The translations under genes and the position numbers were made by a program. Below, one piece after another: positions 18,313-27,342 of a stretch of DNA of 64,000 bases. Positions within the stretch are counted from its first letter, which is position 1, and every line of letters starts with the position of its first letter. This DNA is from an uncultured virus (IMG/VR IMGVR_UViG_2061766007_001347) (taxonomy: Duplodnaviria; Heunggongvirae; Uroviricota; Caudoviricetes), in the IMG/VR virus record IMGVR_UViG_2061766007_001347, one strand, 5' to 3'. Below the pieces are notes generated by a model. That model searched no databases, was not told the origin of the DNA, and was given only the letters and a program-made list of their open reading frames with translations.

Positions 18313-19695
18313 TTAATCCCAATCAAGATCAGCAAATCGACTTGAGATTTTATTTGAAGCATTTATCTGATCTTCGTCTTGAGGCGTGGTTATATCATAC
18401 ACCGGATCATAAGCTATTTCATTAAATGAGCGTTCGAGAGATTGAACAATAATGTCAACCAGGTTGTCAAGCGCAAACTCGAATGCACTCTTGTTATCTG
18501 AATTGTAAGCGTCTATAGCTCGCTTATAAATAGCATCTGAATTACCAACTATCTTCTGTTCTTTATGATTTACTATAAGAATGACTTTATCATCAACAGC
18601 TCTTATTCTACATAGGTATGAATCTGACTTTCCAGCTGGTGAAAACCAGAATGAAATACCAGATCGCATTTTATTGCACTTTATGCAGTTAGTCAGTTGA
18701 GTCTTGATGTTTGTCTTTTCTTTAATCGAAATGATGTATTTGATCTGATTCTTTATTTTCTTTGAATAGAATTTGTTGAATAGCCTTTGACTTCTCGTTG
18801 CAAAGAATTTATACACAGAGTTAGGTGATTCAGCATTTACATTGTAACCAATATAGTTTAGAATTCTTCCAACAATTGTCCATAGCTGTGGGCAATCATC
18901 TGCTGTAATTGACAGAGCTTTTGAAAGCATTCCCTGAGTTATCTTCTGATCAGCATTTATATCTCTTGCCAATGCTTTTTGAACACTGTTTGATTTCTTC
19001 ATATCGACAGCATGAGTCTTTTCAAGATCAGACATCTGATGAGCATTAAACTCTGTCATTGTAAATAGCTTATATAGAATTATGCTTATCGCATAAATAG
19101 CTTTCGAAGTACTCCCCATTGTAAAGAAGTCATCAGCTAAAAGGCTAGCTATTTCTGACCTATCAGCGCAGCCAAGATAAGCACATGCTGATAAGAAATT
19201 CTCACCAACTCCTGGAACTGGGTCCTGCTTTGATAGCCTGGTATTTTTATTGGTATGATCAAGAGCGTGTGTTAGCTCATGCTCAATCGTTGATCTAATA
19301 TCTGATTTTTTAATTGAGTCTTCAATTCTATTGATGTCATGAACTCTAACAATAACCACAAGTTCATTTGTTGATGGAACAAAGAATCCACCAGTAGTAT
19401 TGACATCAACATCTCCATGATACTTCTGCTGAAGCACTCTACTACACTGGTCAGCTTTGTCAACATCAATGAAATATGCCGATATATAAATGTCTCTAGT
19501 ATTAGAGCCAGAATCTCCAGTAGAGACTTTATTCTTCAAAACAAAATATCCATTCCTGTCCAACTGACCACGAACTTTATCAACATTATCTTTTATATAG
19601 TTGTAGTAGAACTTGGTGATATTTGACAGACTTAATGAAGCTGATTGAACACTGATTGCTTCCAAATATCGCTTTCTTAGTGACCGTTTAACCAT
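18313..19695 (-). CDS. zincin-like metalloprotease domain protein
   Basis: TIEHELTHALD (HExxH) with downstream EFNAH. Confidence 0.55.
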   Translation of the reverse strand: MVKRSLRKRYLEAISVQSASLSLSNITKFYYNYIKDNVDKVRGQLDRNGYFVLKNKVSTGDSGSNTRDIYISAYFIDVDKADQCSRVLQQKYHGDVDVNTTGGFFVPSTNELVVIVRVHDINRIEDSIKKSDIRSTIEHELTHALDHTNKNTRLSKQDPVPGVGENFLSACAYLGCADRSEIASLLADDFFTMGSTSKAIYAISIILYKLFTMTEFNAHQMSDLEKTHAVDMKKSNSVQKALARDINADQKITQGMLSKALSITADDCPQLWTIVGRILNYIGYNVNAESPNSVYKFFATRSQRLFNKFYSKKIKNQIKYIISIKEKTNIKTQLTNCIKCNKMRSGISFWFSPAGKSDSYLCRIRAVDDKVILIVNHKEQKIVGNSDAIYKRAIDAYNSDNKSAFEFALDNLVDIIVQSLERSFNEIAYDPVYDITTPQDEDQINASNKISSRFADLDWD

Positions 19696-19754
19696 ATTAT
19701 CATCTCCAAACTGACAGTGATATTTATAGTATAGATATGTTCAGACGCAAATGA

Positions 19755-19783
19755 AAGCCCCTATATAAATCATATAGGGGCTT
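19755..19783 (-). terminator. intrinsic terminator
   Basis: AAGCCCCTATAT/ATATAGGGGCTT. Confidence 0.75.
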
Positions 19784-19786
19784 AGT

Positions 19787-20020
19787 TTATGTGGTATGTG
19801 TTTGTTTTTGCTGAGCTAAATAGCGAAGAACTTTGAGATAATTGGAGACATTAGCATCGCATATTCCGCTTGATGTGACTGAAAAGTTTTCAAATTCTGG
19901 AATGCTTCTATCACAAGACTCTTTTTCTATTTTAACATTGTCTAACTTAATGCAATCCGTCTCGATTTCTTTTCCTGTGTTAGGATCAGTAAAACAGATT
20001 GTTATATTGTCATTCTTCAT
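19787..20020 (-). CDS. hypothetical protein
   Basis: ORF track; likely start MKNDN. Confidence 0.5.
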   Translation of the reverse strand: MKNDNITICFTDPNTGKEIETDCIKLDNVKIEKESCDRSIPEFENFSVTSSGICDANVSNYLKVLRYLAQQKQTHTT

Positions 20021-20576
20021 AAGGCTTCCACCCATTCCATGCATGGCTGCAGCACTCATTACATAGTGGCAATTCTACAAATCTATTCTTGTCTCCATTA
20101 AAGTTTAGCGAATATATACCGTCTGCAGACTTTCCACAGCAAGCGCAAACCTTCATATCATTCTTAAGTTCTCTAGTTCTATATCTTGCTACAAATTTAG
20201 AATCCCATGGATCTTCATTTGCAATACCGTTAAATTCAAACTGAACATAATCGTCATCCCATTTTACTTTATGATCCGTTGTAGTACACATATACAGTGT
20301 ATAAGAACACTTACCATTTTCAGATTTGTCTTCAGGATAGTCCATTATCATTACTCTGAAGTAGCCATCTTCTCTGACATGCTCTTCCTTCATTTTATAA
20401 GTCATGTCCCACAGTTTAGATTGTATTGATTCTTTAGTTCTAGGGTGTCTTATTGTATAATGAACCTTTCTATCACTGTCGATAGAGAATGTATATGGGT
20501 TCTCTTCGCCACTTAAAAACGTAGAAGTGTTGATTCCATCTTTTCCGTATGTAAGAACATCAATTCTCTGTTTCAT
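20010..20576 (-). CDS. hypothetical protein with C-terminal Zn finger
   Basis: CACCGKSADG...LCNECC. Confidence 0.6.
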   Translation of the reverse strand: MKQRIDVLTYGKDGINTSTFLSGEENPYTFSIDSDRKVHYTIRHPRTKESIQSKLWDMTYKMKEEHVREDGYFRVMIMDYPEDKSENGKCSYTLYMCTTTDHKVKWDDDYVQFEFNGIANEDPWDSKFVARYRTRELKNDMKVCACCGKSADGIYSLNFNGDKNRFVELPLCNECCSHAWNGWKPYEE

Positions 20577-20580
20577 ATAA

Positions 20581-20838
20581 TTACCCTACCATATCAGAAG
20601 TATCATTCATATAGTTTGTAAGATTGTACAATTTAATTCTCTTTTCAATAGCATTCATATATACATGCATCGCATTGAGCTGTTCTTGAAGAGCACTTTT
20701 ACACGCTTGAGGTGCTTCATCTTTCCATACAACTTTTTCTAATCGTTCGATACGAAGTTTTAATTGCCAATATTCTGCTTTTAATCTGTCTTTCCAATCA
20801 AGAGCTCCCATTAGTTTTACAGTATCAGCCAGTTCCAT
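20581..20838 (-). CDS. small coiled-coil phage protein (crAss001_48-like)
   Basis: WKDRLKAEYWQLKLRIERL...LQEQLNAMHVY...EKRI pattern. Confidence 0.6.
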   Translation of the reverse strand: MELADTVKLMGALDWKDRLKAEYWQLKLRIERLEKVVWKDEAPQACKSALQEQLNAMHVYMNAIEKRIKLYNLTNYMNDTSDMVG

Positions 20839-20848
20839 GACTATTCTC

Positions 20849-21256
20849 CTAATTTGCATTGATAATGTTTAATGTAGCTAATAGTTTATCGTCAGTCAGA
20901 ATCGTGTCTATGTTCTTTACATAACACCTTATAGTATATACATCTTCACAGCTTTCATTTGAATAGCATGAGATTTCTACTGGAATAGGTGAAACTACTC
21001 TATATGATTCATTGCTACCTTCTTCAGAATCGTCTCGTATTGACGGGTAAGCAAGACTTGATAGATGATCAGCAATTTCATCAATGAAACTAACTTCATC
21101 TTCATCTAAAAAGTCTTCTGCGTTGAATTCAATGTTGAACTCAATAAATTTACCTGCAGCATGTACCAACTCACTTATGTATTCTCCTAAGAATATACTA
21201 CGAGTATCGTGCCCATTGTCATCCTCATACTTAAATTCAAAGTCTTTAATAGTCAT
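20849..21256 (-). CDS. acidic hypothetical protein
   Basis: ORF track; GGAG RBS. Confidence 0.6.
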   Translation of the reverse strand: MTIKDFEFKYEDDNGHDTRSIFLGEYISELVHAAGKFIEFNIEFNAEDFLDEDEVSFIDEIADHLSSLAYPSIRDDSEEGSNESYRVVSPIPVEISCYSNESCEDVYTIRCYVKNIDTILTDDKLLATLNIINAN

Positions 21257-21266
21257 TCTAGACTCC

Positions 21267-23360
21267 TTAGTTCAACACTTTAAATGAAATCTTCTTTAGC
21301 CAGAATTTACCAGTCCTTCGTATCACTTGTTCAGGCCAATAGTCTGGATTAAGCGCGCATCCAATTGTTATAGGGAACACGTGTGGCGGTATAATATATT
21401 TATACGGAGTTCTATTATAGAACACATACTTACCAGTACTTGAGCCGTTTACAGCCAAATAGTCATAGCATGATAAGTTACGCTCAGTTGCGATTGCATC
21501 ATAGATCAATTTAAGATGTACTTCATGAGACTCTGGTATATTTTGTTTGTTATTCACTTGGCTATAGATTTCGCCGCCATCATTTGAATATCGCAATATG
21601 TATGTTACTTGACCCCTACTCCCGCTAGAAGGCACTGTGTCAAGCCTCATTGTCCAACCACGCCATGGGTCAGTTCTTTCATCCAAAGTTTCCTGCATCA
21701 AAGAAATAATTGTCCATTTCTTATCAGCAATGGAAAGACTCCCCTGATCATTATAGTCAACCTTTACATCAACTTCAAGCTCAAATCCGTGATCACTGTC
21801 CATAAATGGATATACATCAGTGACGATACCTTCATCAATAAAGACATACTCATCAGATGTAACTTCAGGATTTGGAGTCATAGTGAAGCTTCTAATTAGC
21901 GGCTCACTTCCATCTGTAGCTAAAGTCTTAGTAATCAGATAAGGTTTATGCTCTTCAGAGTTATCAATCGTGACAGTAGGTATTTCTTCTTCACTATAAA
22001 TAACCTTGCTAATATTGAATTCAAGAATGTCAAGATTGCATTGTCTACATTTGTATGGCTCGCCAGTGTCTAATGCTTTTGCTAAAGTATATCCTAGTGT
22101 AGCAGTAACGTCATTGCTAAATTCAAGAATACTATTCTCATAGCTATTTACTATTCTATCATTGTCAGCCAAATCTTTTAAGATGAATTTTTCAAATGGC
22201 TTCTTTGGATCGTAATGTATTTGAATCCAGTACGTGTGATCGTCTCTATATGTCAGCGTATATGATATTGGTTTTGCTACAACTTGTCCAGTGTTAGGAT
22301 CTATTGGCTTTAACCTAATTTGCACACGTTGATCGCCTGCGCCCATTCTTAATGATAAACCTGGGGCTAATTCAGCCGTTGAATGAACATTGCTTTCATC
22401 AGATAGTTCTAATATGGTATATAGCTTTTCACTGTAGTTGCCATCTTTAGGAACCCAATCTTCTGGCTGAGCAGTCTCTATAGCAACTCTAAACTTGAAT
22501 GATAATGTAAATCCATTATGACCGTCAAAGGTCTTTACTTTTGTATCAACACCGTCAACAATTGTAACTGACTCACCGCCAGGTTGAATCTCATATCCGG
22601 TATAGATTTCTTCACCGTTTATAACTTCAACAGTTTGAGTTGTTACATTGTTTTCATCGTCTGTAGTTATTGTATTTACAATTGGATGATCTCCAGAATC
22701 ATCAATAATAGTCTCAGTTGACCAGCCGCTCTTATATTCTAATGTAGTTGTAGCAGACGCAATCATCCCAGCATATCTTGCTGTAATGGTATACTCACCA
22801 TCTACGTCAAAGTCTATTCTACCGCTACTTGAAATAATTGCTCCATTTGGAGGAGATATTGACCAGACTGGAGTTACTGATCTACCATCATAAGTTGCAT
22901 ATAGCTGACCTGATTCACCGATGATATGTTCAGGGACAAATATATTAAAGAAATGTTCTTCTGGCTCTGGTGGCTCAGGAGCTTCTCCGCCTAATAGAGT
23001 AATGACTTCATTAGCATACTCAGTATACACTTCAAGCGCAATTTGCTCTTCATCAGAAGAGTATATTTCTCTAAGCTCTGCTATGATATCTCTTACAGAG
23101 TACATGTATACAGTTGCAAAATCAACATCAGTGCAACCTTCTACCATTTCTCTAGACGGCGTAAATGGAATTGGGCAGTTATGTGAATAGCTGTCTATAG
23201 TATTCTTTCCGGCCGGGTTTGGCTTTAAGTGCTCGCCACCTGTCCATTCAGGAGATCTTAGCCATGCTACAATGTAGTCAATGTCTCCAGCAACTTGAAG
23301 CATGTTCAAGTCTCTTAGCTTATAAGCGTAATTGTGTAATCTATCTAATAATTCGTTCAT
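21267..23360 (-). CDS. putative virion protein: helical N-domain, Ig-like domain, two lectin/LamG-like repeats
   Basis: VTPVWSI...ISSSGRI...YTITARY; repeats FDGHNGFTLSF and FMDSDHGFELEV. Confidence 0.5.
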   Translation of the reverse strand: MNELLDRLHNYAYKLRDLNMLQVAGDIDYIVAWLRSPEWTGGEHLKPNPAGKNTIDSYSHNCPIPFTPSREMVEGCTDVDFATVYMYSVRDIIAELREIYSSDEEQIALEVYTEYANEVITLLGGEAPEPPEPEEHFFNIFVPEHIIGESGQLYATYDGRSVTPVWSISPPNGAIISSSGRIDFDVDGEYTITARYAGMIASATTTLEYKSGWSTETIIDDSGDHPIVNTITTDDENNVTTQTVEVINGEEIYTGYEIQPGGESVTIVDGVDTKVKTFDGHNGFTLSFKFRVAIETAQPEDWVPKDGNYSEKLYTILELSDESNVHSTAELAPGLSLRMGAGDQRVQIRLKPIDPNTGQVVAKPISYTLTYRDDHTYWIQIHYDPKKPFEKFILKDLADNDRIVNSYENSILEFSNDVTATLGYTLAKALDTGEPYKCRQCNLDILEFNISKVIYSEEEIPTVTIDNSEEHKPYLITKTLATDGSEPLIRSFTMTPNPEVTSDEYVFIDEGIVTDVYPFMDSDHGFELEVDVKVDYNDQGSLSIADKKWTIISLMQETLDERTDPWRGWTMRLDTVPSSGSRGQVTYILRYSNDGGEIYSQVNNKQNIPESHEVHLKLIYDAIATERNLSCYDYLAVNGSSTGKYVFYNRTPYKYIIPPHVFPITIGCALNPDYWPEQVIRRTGKFWLKKISFKVLN

Positions 23361-23365
23361 AACTA

Positions 23366-23809
23366 TCACCATGGCCAACCAAGATCAAGAGAATTAAATC
23401 CTGGAAAAATAGCTTCCCAATCTTTAGCTTCTTCTTCATCAAGCAAGCTAAGCATTTTATGTATAGTGATTTCATATTCACTGAATGCTGTAGACTCTAC
23501 ATCTTTAGTGTATACTGTTTTAAGACTATCGATAATATGAAGTGCGCTGTTTAATAATGAATTTGCATAAAATCTTGCAGTGCACATTATAACATCGTCT
23601 ACACTTACTATGTATGGAATTGGGCAATTATTTGATCCAGCGTCTATTGTGTTTGGCCCAGCAGGATCAGGCTTTTTATGAACTCCATTGTTATATTCTG
23701 GAGATATTAGCCATGAAACTAGATAGCCTATGTCACCTGCAATCTGACGCATCCCTATGTTATTTAGCTCATATTCTATTTCGCGTAGTTTGACTAGCTC
23801 ATCTATCAT
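23366..23809 (-). CDS. stand-alone paralog of the N-terminal domain of the downstream gene
   Basis: Shared Q(I/V)AGDI.Y.V.WL.SPE...KP.PAG.NTID...NCPIP. Confidence 0.75.
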   Translation of the reverse strand: MIDELVKLREIEYELNNIGMRQIAGDIGYLVSWLISPEYNNGVHKKPDPAGPNTIDAGSNNCPIPYIVSVDDVIMCTARFYANSLLNSALHIIDSLKTVYTKDVESTAFSEYEITIHKMLSLLDEEEAKDWEAIFPGFNSLDLGWPW

Positions 23810-24078
23810 TTGTTTTCTCTATATACAAACATCATTATGAATAGGATCACGAGCCATAGACTAGCAAACCCATAATTTATAAATTGAAATACAACTTCAT
23901 ACTTAACTGTTGAGTAAATATAGTACGTGCATCCAACATTACCACCAAAGTCAAGCAATAACATTGATATAGAAAGCCCATCTGTAGATTTGTGTCTATA
24001 GCATTTTATCACTTGCGGGAGTGATTTGAACCCAAACATTAGATTAGCTACAATTCCAACTACACTTGCAAGTTCCAT
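23806..24078 (-). CDS. PQ-loop / SemiSWEET-like membrane protein
   Basis: LPQVIKCYRHKSTDGLS; three hydrophobic helices in 90 aa. Confidence 0.8.
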   Translation of the reverse strand: MELASVVGIVANLMFGFKSLPQVIKCYRHKSTDGLSISMLLLDFGGNVGCTYYIYSTVKYEVVFQFINYGFASLWLVILFIMMFVYRENK

Positions 24079-24100
24079 GATCAGCCTTTATGATTAGTGA

Positions 24101-24535
24101 CTACTTAATAACGTCATCAAGAATTCTAGAATACTGACATTCATCATATTCTTCAAAGTCATCCCATTTGACTATGTACCTCTTTAGATATTCAGAATCG
24201 TGGTATACAACGCCACTCCAATCATAAAAGGTTGAATATATCCTACATATGAAATGTCCTTCTAGAGTATCATAGTAAAGCTCTGGCTCATAGTCTTTGA
24301 ACCTATCTTTTAAGATAATCGCAAAGTAGTAGCAATTTCCTGTTTTCCAGTTACAGTCATCTTTGAATCTTCTATTGATGAACTCTAGAACTTCTTTATC
24401 GATGCTGTCAAAAGGTGACCATCCGATGTAGAGACTTTCTACACATGAGTTACAAAGAAATCCACTATATGCCTTGCCTATTGAACATAAGCCGTCAGCC
24501 GGCTTACCACAAATCTTACAAACATTTCTACCCAT
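24101..24535 (-). CDS. Zn finger fused to a Cys-His-Asp domain; paralog of 10537..10842
   Basis: CKICGKPADG...LCNSC, then EVLEFINRRF...NWKTGNCYYFAIIL. Confidence 0.65.
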   Translation of the reverse strand: MGRNVCKICGKPADGLCSIGKAYSGFLCNSCVESLYIGWSPFDSIDKEVLEFINRRFKDDCNWKTGNCYYFAIILKDRFKDYEPELYYDTLEGHFICRIYSTFYDWSGVVYHDSEYLKRYIVKWDDFEEYDECQYSRILDDVIK

Positions 24536-24538
24536 AGC

Positions 24539-24997
24539 TTACTTCCAAAAAGTGTAAGTGATATCTTCAACTGTTCCGTCTACAATTTTGTAAAGTCTTT
24601 GATTTGTAGTTTTTGAATTAAGAGGTCCAAGACTCTCGACATAAGGGCCTACTTTAATGTAGTCAAAGAATTTACCGTACATACTTAAATCAACTTCTGT
24701 GTCACCGCTATACCACGCTGACTTAAGATTCTTTGACTTTACAAATTCACCGAATGATTTCAAAGTCTCTTTGTCACAGTCGCCACCCATAAATAGAACA
24801 CATGTAATACCATAATGCTTTTTAATCAATTCATCTATGATATCTATAGTGAGCTCATCTCCAATGTTCGTTTGAAGATATGGGCTATGACAACCAGGAC
24901 AGCGATGTGGGCAGCATGAAAGATTGATTCCCAAGCTTATTTCATCGCAGATTTCAGAGAATACTACAGAAGTGTCTTCTTTAACATATTTGATCAT
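24539..24997 (-). CDS. nrdG: anaerobic ribonucleotide reductase activating protein (radical SAM)
   Basis: CPHRCPGCHS, FMGG, YIKVGPY, TTNQR; close to nrdD. Confidence 0.9.
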   Translation of the reverse strand: MIKYVKEDTSVVFSEICDEISLGINLSCCPHRCPGCHSPYLQTNIGDELTIDIIDELIKKHYGITCVLFMGGDCDKETLKSFGEFVKSKNLKSAWYSGDTEVDLSMYGKFFDYIKVGPYVESLGPLNSKTTNQRLYKIVDGTVEDITYTFWK

Positions 24998-25005
24998 ACA
25001 AAAAT

Positions 25006-25036
25006 ACCTCCAATGAAAATATACATCATTGAAGGC
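25006..25036 (-). promoter_or_regulatory. terminator hairpin whose loop is the TGTATAT box
   Basis: Minus strand GCCTTCAATGA-TGTATATTT-TCATTGGAGGT-ATTTTTG. Confidence 0.7.
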
Positions 25037-25070
25037 ATTCAGTTTAACAGCTAAACTTATGAATGATGAT

Positions 25071-26108
25071 TTACTTTGCGCCGTGCTGCTTTAATAGATT
25101 TACATACTTAGCAACAAGAGGCTGGCGCTGATCCCACTTTGACATTTTCTGTAAAAGTGTTTCACCATAACTATTTGGAGTATTTGGATCAATGCCCAAA
25201 TCTAGCAAGTATTCAAATACCTCTACATTTCCCTTAGTAGTAAAATCAGCAGCGCGCCATAGGAGACGTGATTTTGATTTTTCATCTAGATCTGTATTAT
25301 CTAGAATGAGTTTTACCATTGGCGCGTTACCATCACTACATAACTTTTCTAATGTGCTCTGATCTACATTAGCTCCATAATTTAGCAACTCTTTTATGAT
25401 ATTATTCTTTTCAGGAGTAACCTTATTGGGATTCCATTTCTTCATACTGTTGAGCACTGCATTTATTGGGGCACCGCCATTTACTCTATCATGCGCATTT
25501 GGATCAGCGCCAGCTTTTAATAAGAGTTTTACCATAGGATAATTCAAATCAGCAGCAGCTACACAGATTAGTGGGTGACCACTACGTAGCACTACATTAG
25601 GATCTGCACCTGAGCCTAGCAGTTCTTTAGCAATTGCAAGATCATCATCCATGACTGCTTTAATTAAACGATCATCATCACTAATACCGTTTAAGTTAAC
25701 TTCTGGTACAACTGGCAGGTCTACATCTAAAAAGTCGATTATGTCACCTTTTACATCGTAAATGTATTTGATTTTTCTGTCTTTTGTCTGTAAAACGCAG
25801 TATTGCTCTTTTGGGTTATTTTTTGCTATATAGAAATAAAATCCACCGTCTAGGTTTAAGTTTTTAATAGTGTCATTAAATATCTGACCACTTCTCTTTC
25901 CAGCGGTGAAATTCCAGCTTGCTCTTTTACCAATAGCTCGTGCAGCTTCAGGCGTTGTTATTCTATAGACTGCCCAATTTGAATCTTCATAAAGTTTTGT
26001 TGCGCCGTCAACGCTTGCTTCATAAACAGCATGTCTGCGAACATTAAGCTTTGCTTCAAGAAGTTCTACTCGTTTTAGAAGCGATTTATAGTATCTATCA
26101 GTATTCAT
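25071..26108 (-). CDS. ankyrin-repeat protein with N-terminal phage domain and leader-like start
   Basis: LL..GADPN repeats; N-terminal LLKRVELLEAKL...VYEA. Confidence 0.85.
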   Translation of the reverse strand: MNTDRYYKSLLKRVELLEAKLNVRRHAVYEASVDGATKLYEDSNWAVYRITTPEAARAIGKRASWNFTAGKRSGQIFNDTIKNLNLDGGFYFYIAKNNPKEQYCVLQTKDRKIKYIYDVKGDIIDFLDVDLPVVPEVNLNGISDDDRLIKAVMDDDLAIAKELLGSGADPNVVLRSGHPLICVAAADLNYPMVKLLLKAGADPNAHDRVNGGAPINAVLNSMKKWNPNKVTPEKNNIIKELLNYGANVDQSTLEKLCSDGNAPMVKLILDNTDLDEKSKSRLLWRAADFTTKGNVEVFEYLLDLGIDPNTPNSYGETLLQKMSKWDQRQPLVAKYVNLLKQHGAK

Positions 26109-26132
26109 ATTTATACCCTTATTTTACGCAAT

Positions 26133-26165
26133 AACCTCCAATGAAAACATGAATCATTGGAGGTT
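26133..26165 (-). terminator. intrinsic terminator; stem nearly identical to that at 25006-25036
   Basis: AACCTCCAATGA/TCATTGGAGGTT. Confidence 0.75.
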
Positions 26166-26188
26166 TTATATTAAACTACGCTATCACC

Positions 26189-26803
26189 TTAACGACTCTT
26201 TCTAGAAAGAAGCTTTTCAAGACGAGCAATTCTATCAACGATAGTTGGCTTTGAGCTGCGTTTACGTGACTCATCATAATAGTCATTGAAGTCATCGCCT
26301 GCTTCAACGTTATAGCCATCATCTTCTTCATCAATCATAGAAAGATCGAAGCCTTTCCACTTAGAAAGTGGATATGCCACGAGATCAGCTGAATCTGAGC
26401 TAAATGGATGACCAGCTGGATCTATTGAATAGCCGTCTTCATTGATAAGGTTTACTGAATTATCAGTTGGATGAACAACAATTGCGTAACCATCTGTTCC
26501 ATCAAGAGAATACTGGAAGGCAAACCGAGCATCAGGGTCTTCTGCAATCTCATCTGTGTCGTTAACTGTTAGCCAGCCATACATTGGACTTTCAATTACG
26601 TCATGTCCTAGATCATCTAATGTAGCACCATCTACGCCAATCATACCACAAAACTGATTTGCAATGCGATCAGCGGCCGCTCTTGCACCATCTACATCAA
26701 GATCAGATTCAAAGCTTTCATTTTTAACAGTTGCCGGTTTTGCCATAACTTTTTCGAGACGAGCGATACGTTGTTCTAATGTAAGTTTTTTAGCTTTAGC
26801 CAT
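26189..26803 (-). CDS. acidic protein with the leader motif at both ends
   Basis: LEQRIARLEKVMAKPATVKNES at the N-terminus, IVDRIARLEKLLSRKSR at the C-terminus. Confidence 0.8.
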   Translation of the reverse strand: MAKAKKLTLEQRIARLEKVMAKPATVKNESFESDLDVDGARAAADRIANQFCGMIGVDGATLDDLGHDVIESPMYGWLTVNDTDEIAEDPDARFAFQYSLDGTDGYAIVVHPTDNSVNLINEDGYSIDPAGHPFSSDSADLVAYPLSKWKGFDLSMIDEEDDGYNVEAGDDFNDYYDESRKRSSKPTIVDRIARLEKLLSRKSR

Positions 26804-26941
26804 TTTATTATCTCCTAGAGCAAGAACACAAAAGATGGAGTCCCTACAACCCCAAATTTCTATAGTTTAATTACAATAAAGTCTATCATATGTAAACAAA
26901 AAATGAGCTAGACACCAAAATAATGCCTAGCTCTATTGATA

Positions 26942-27322
26942 TTATAACTTCACAAATACAAGCTCAAAGCGTAATGCATCTGACTTATTATAGCAGAGAC
27001 TTAAACTCTTTTCTTTAAGAGTGAATATTTCGTCCTCAACTAAGTATCGTACTATAGATGCATCATCATTGTAAAGCTTTATTGAAATCTTGTGATCGCT
27101 GTTTAGTGAAAAACTCTCATTACCATCAAAGAACTCGGCTGTTGACTCCATGTAAAACAATCTAACCGCAATTCGCCCACCAGCATCACTACCGCTATAT
27201 GATAGATCAACAGAATCCACTGACAATCTTAAGACTTCAATGTCATCAATTATCATCTCATAGTGGTTTACTTTATAAACGTCACAATTATTTTCTTTTT
27301 TGATGATCGTACCATCGGTCAT
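26942..27322 (-). CDS. hypothetical protein, weakly tail-tube (gp19)-like
   Basis: ISIKLYN...LSLCYNKSDALRFELVF resembles tube-protein C-termini. Confidence 0.35.
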   Translation of the reverse strand: MTDGTIIKKENNCDVYKVNHYEMIIDDIEVLRLSVDSVDLSYSGSDAGGRIAVRLFYMESTAEFFDGNESFSLNSDHKISIKLYNDDASIVRYLVEDEIFTLKEKSLSLCYNKSDALRFELVFVKL

Positions 27323-27342
27323 ACCTATTTCTCCAATAAATA

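Noticed and set aside
20581..20838. LKLRIERLEK as another copy of the tag
   Set aside because: It sits inside a common small phage coiled-coil family and lacks the tag's context; probably a generic heptad.
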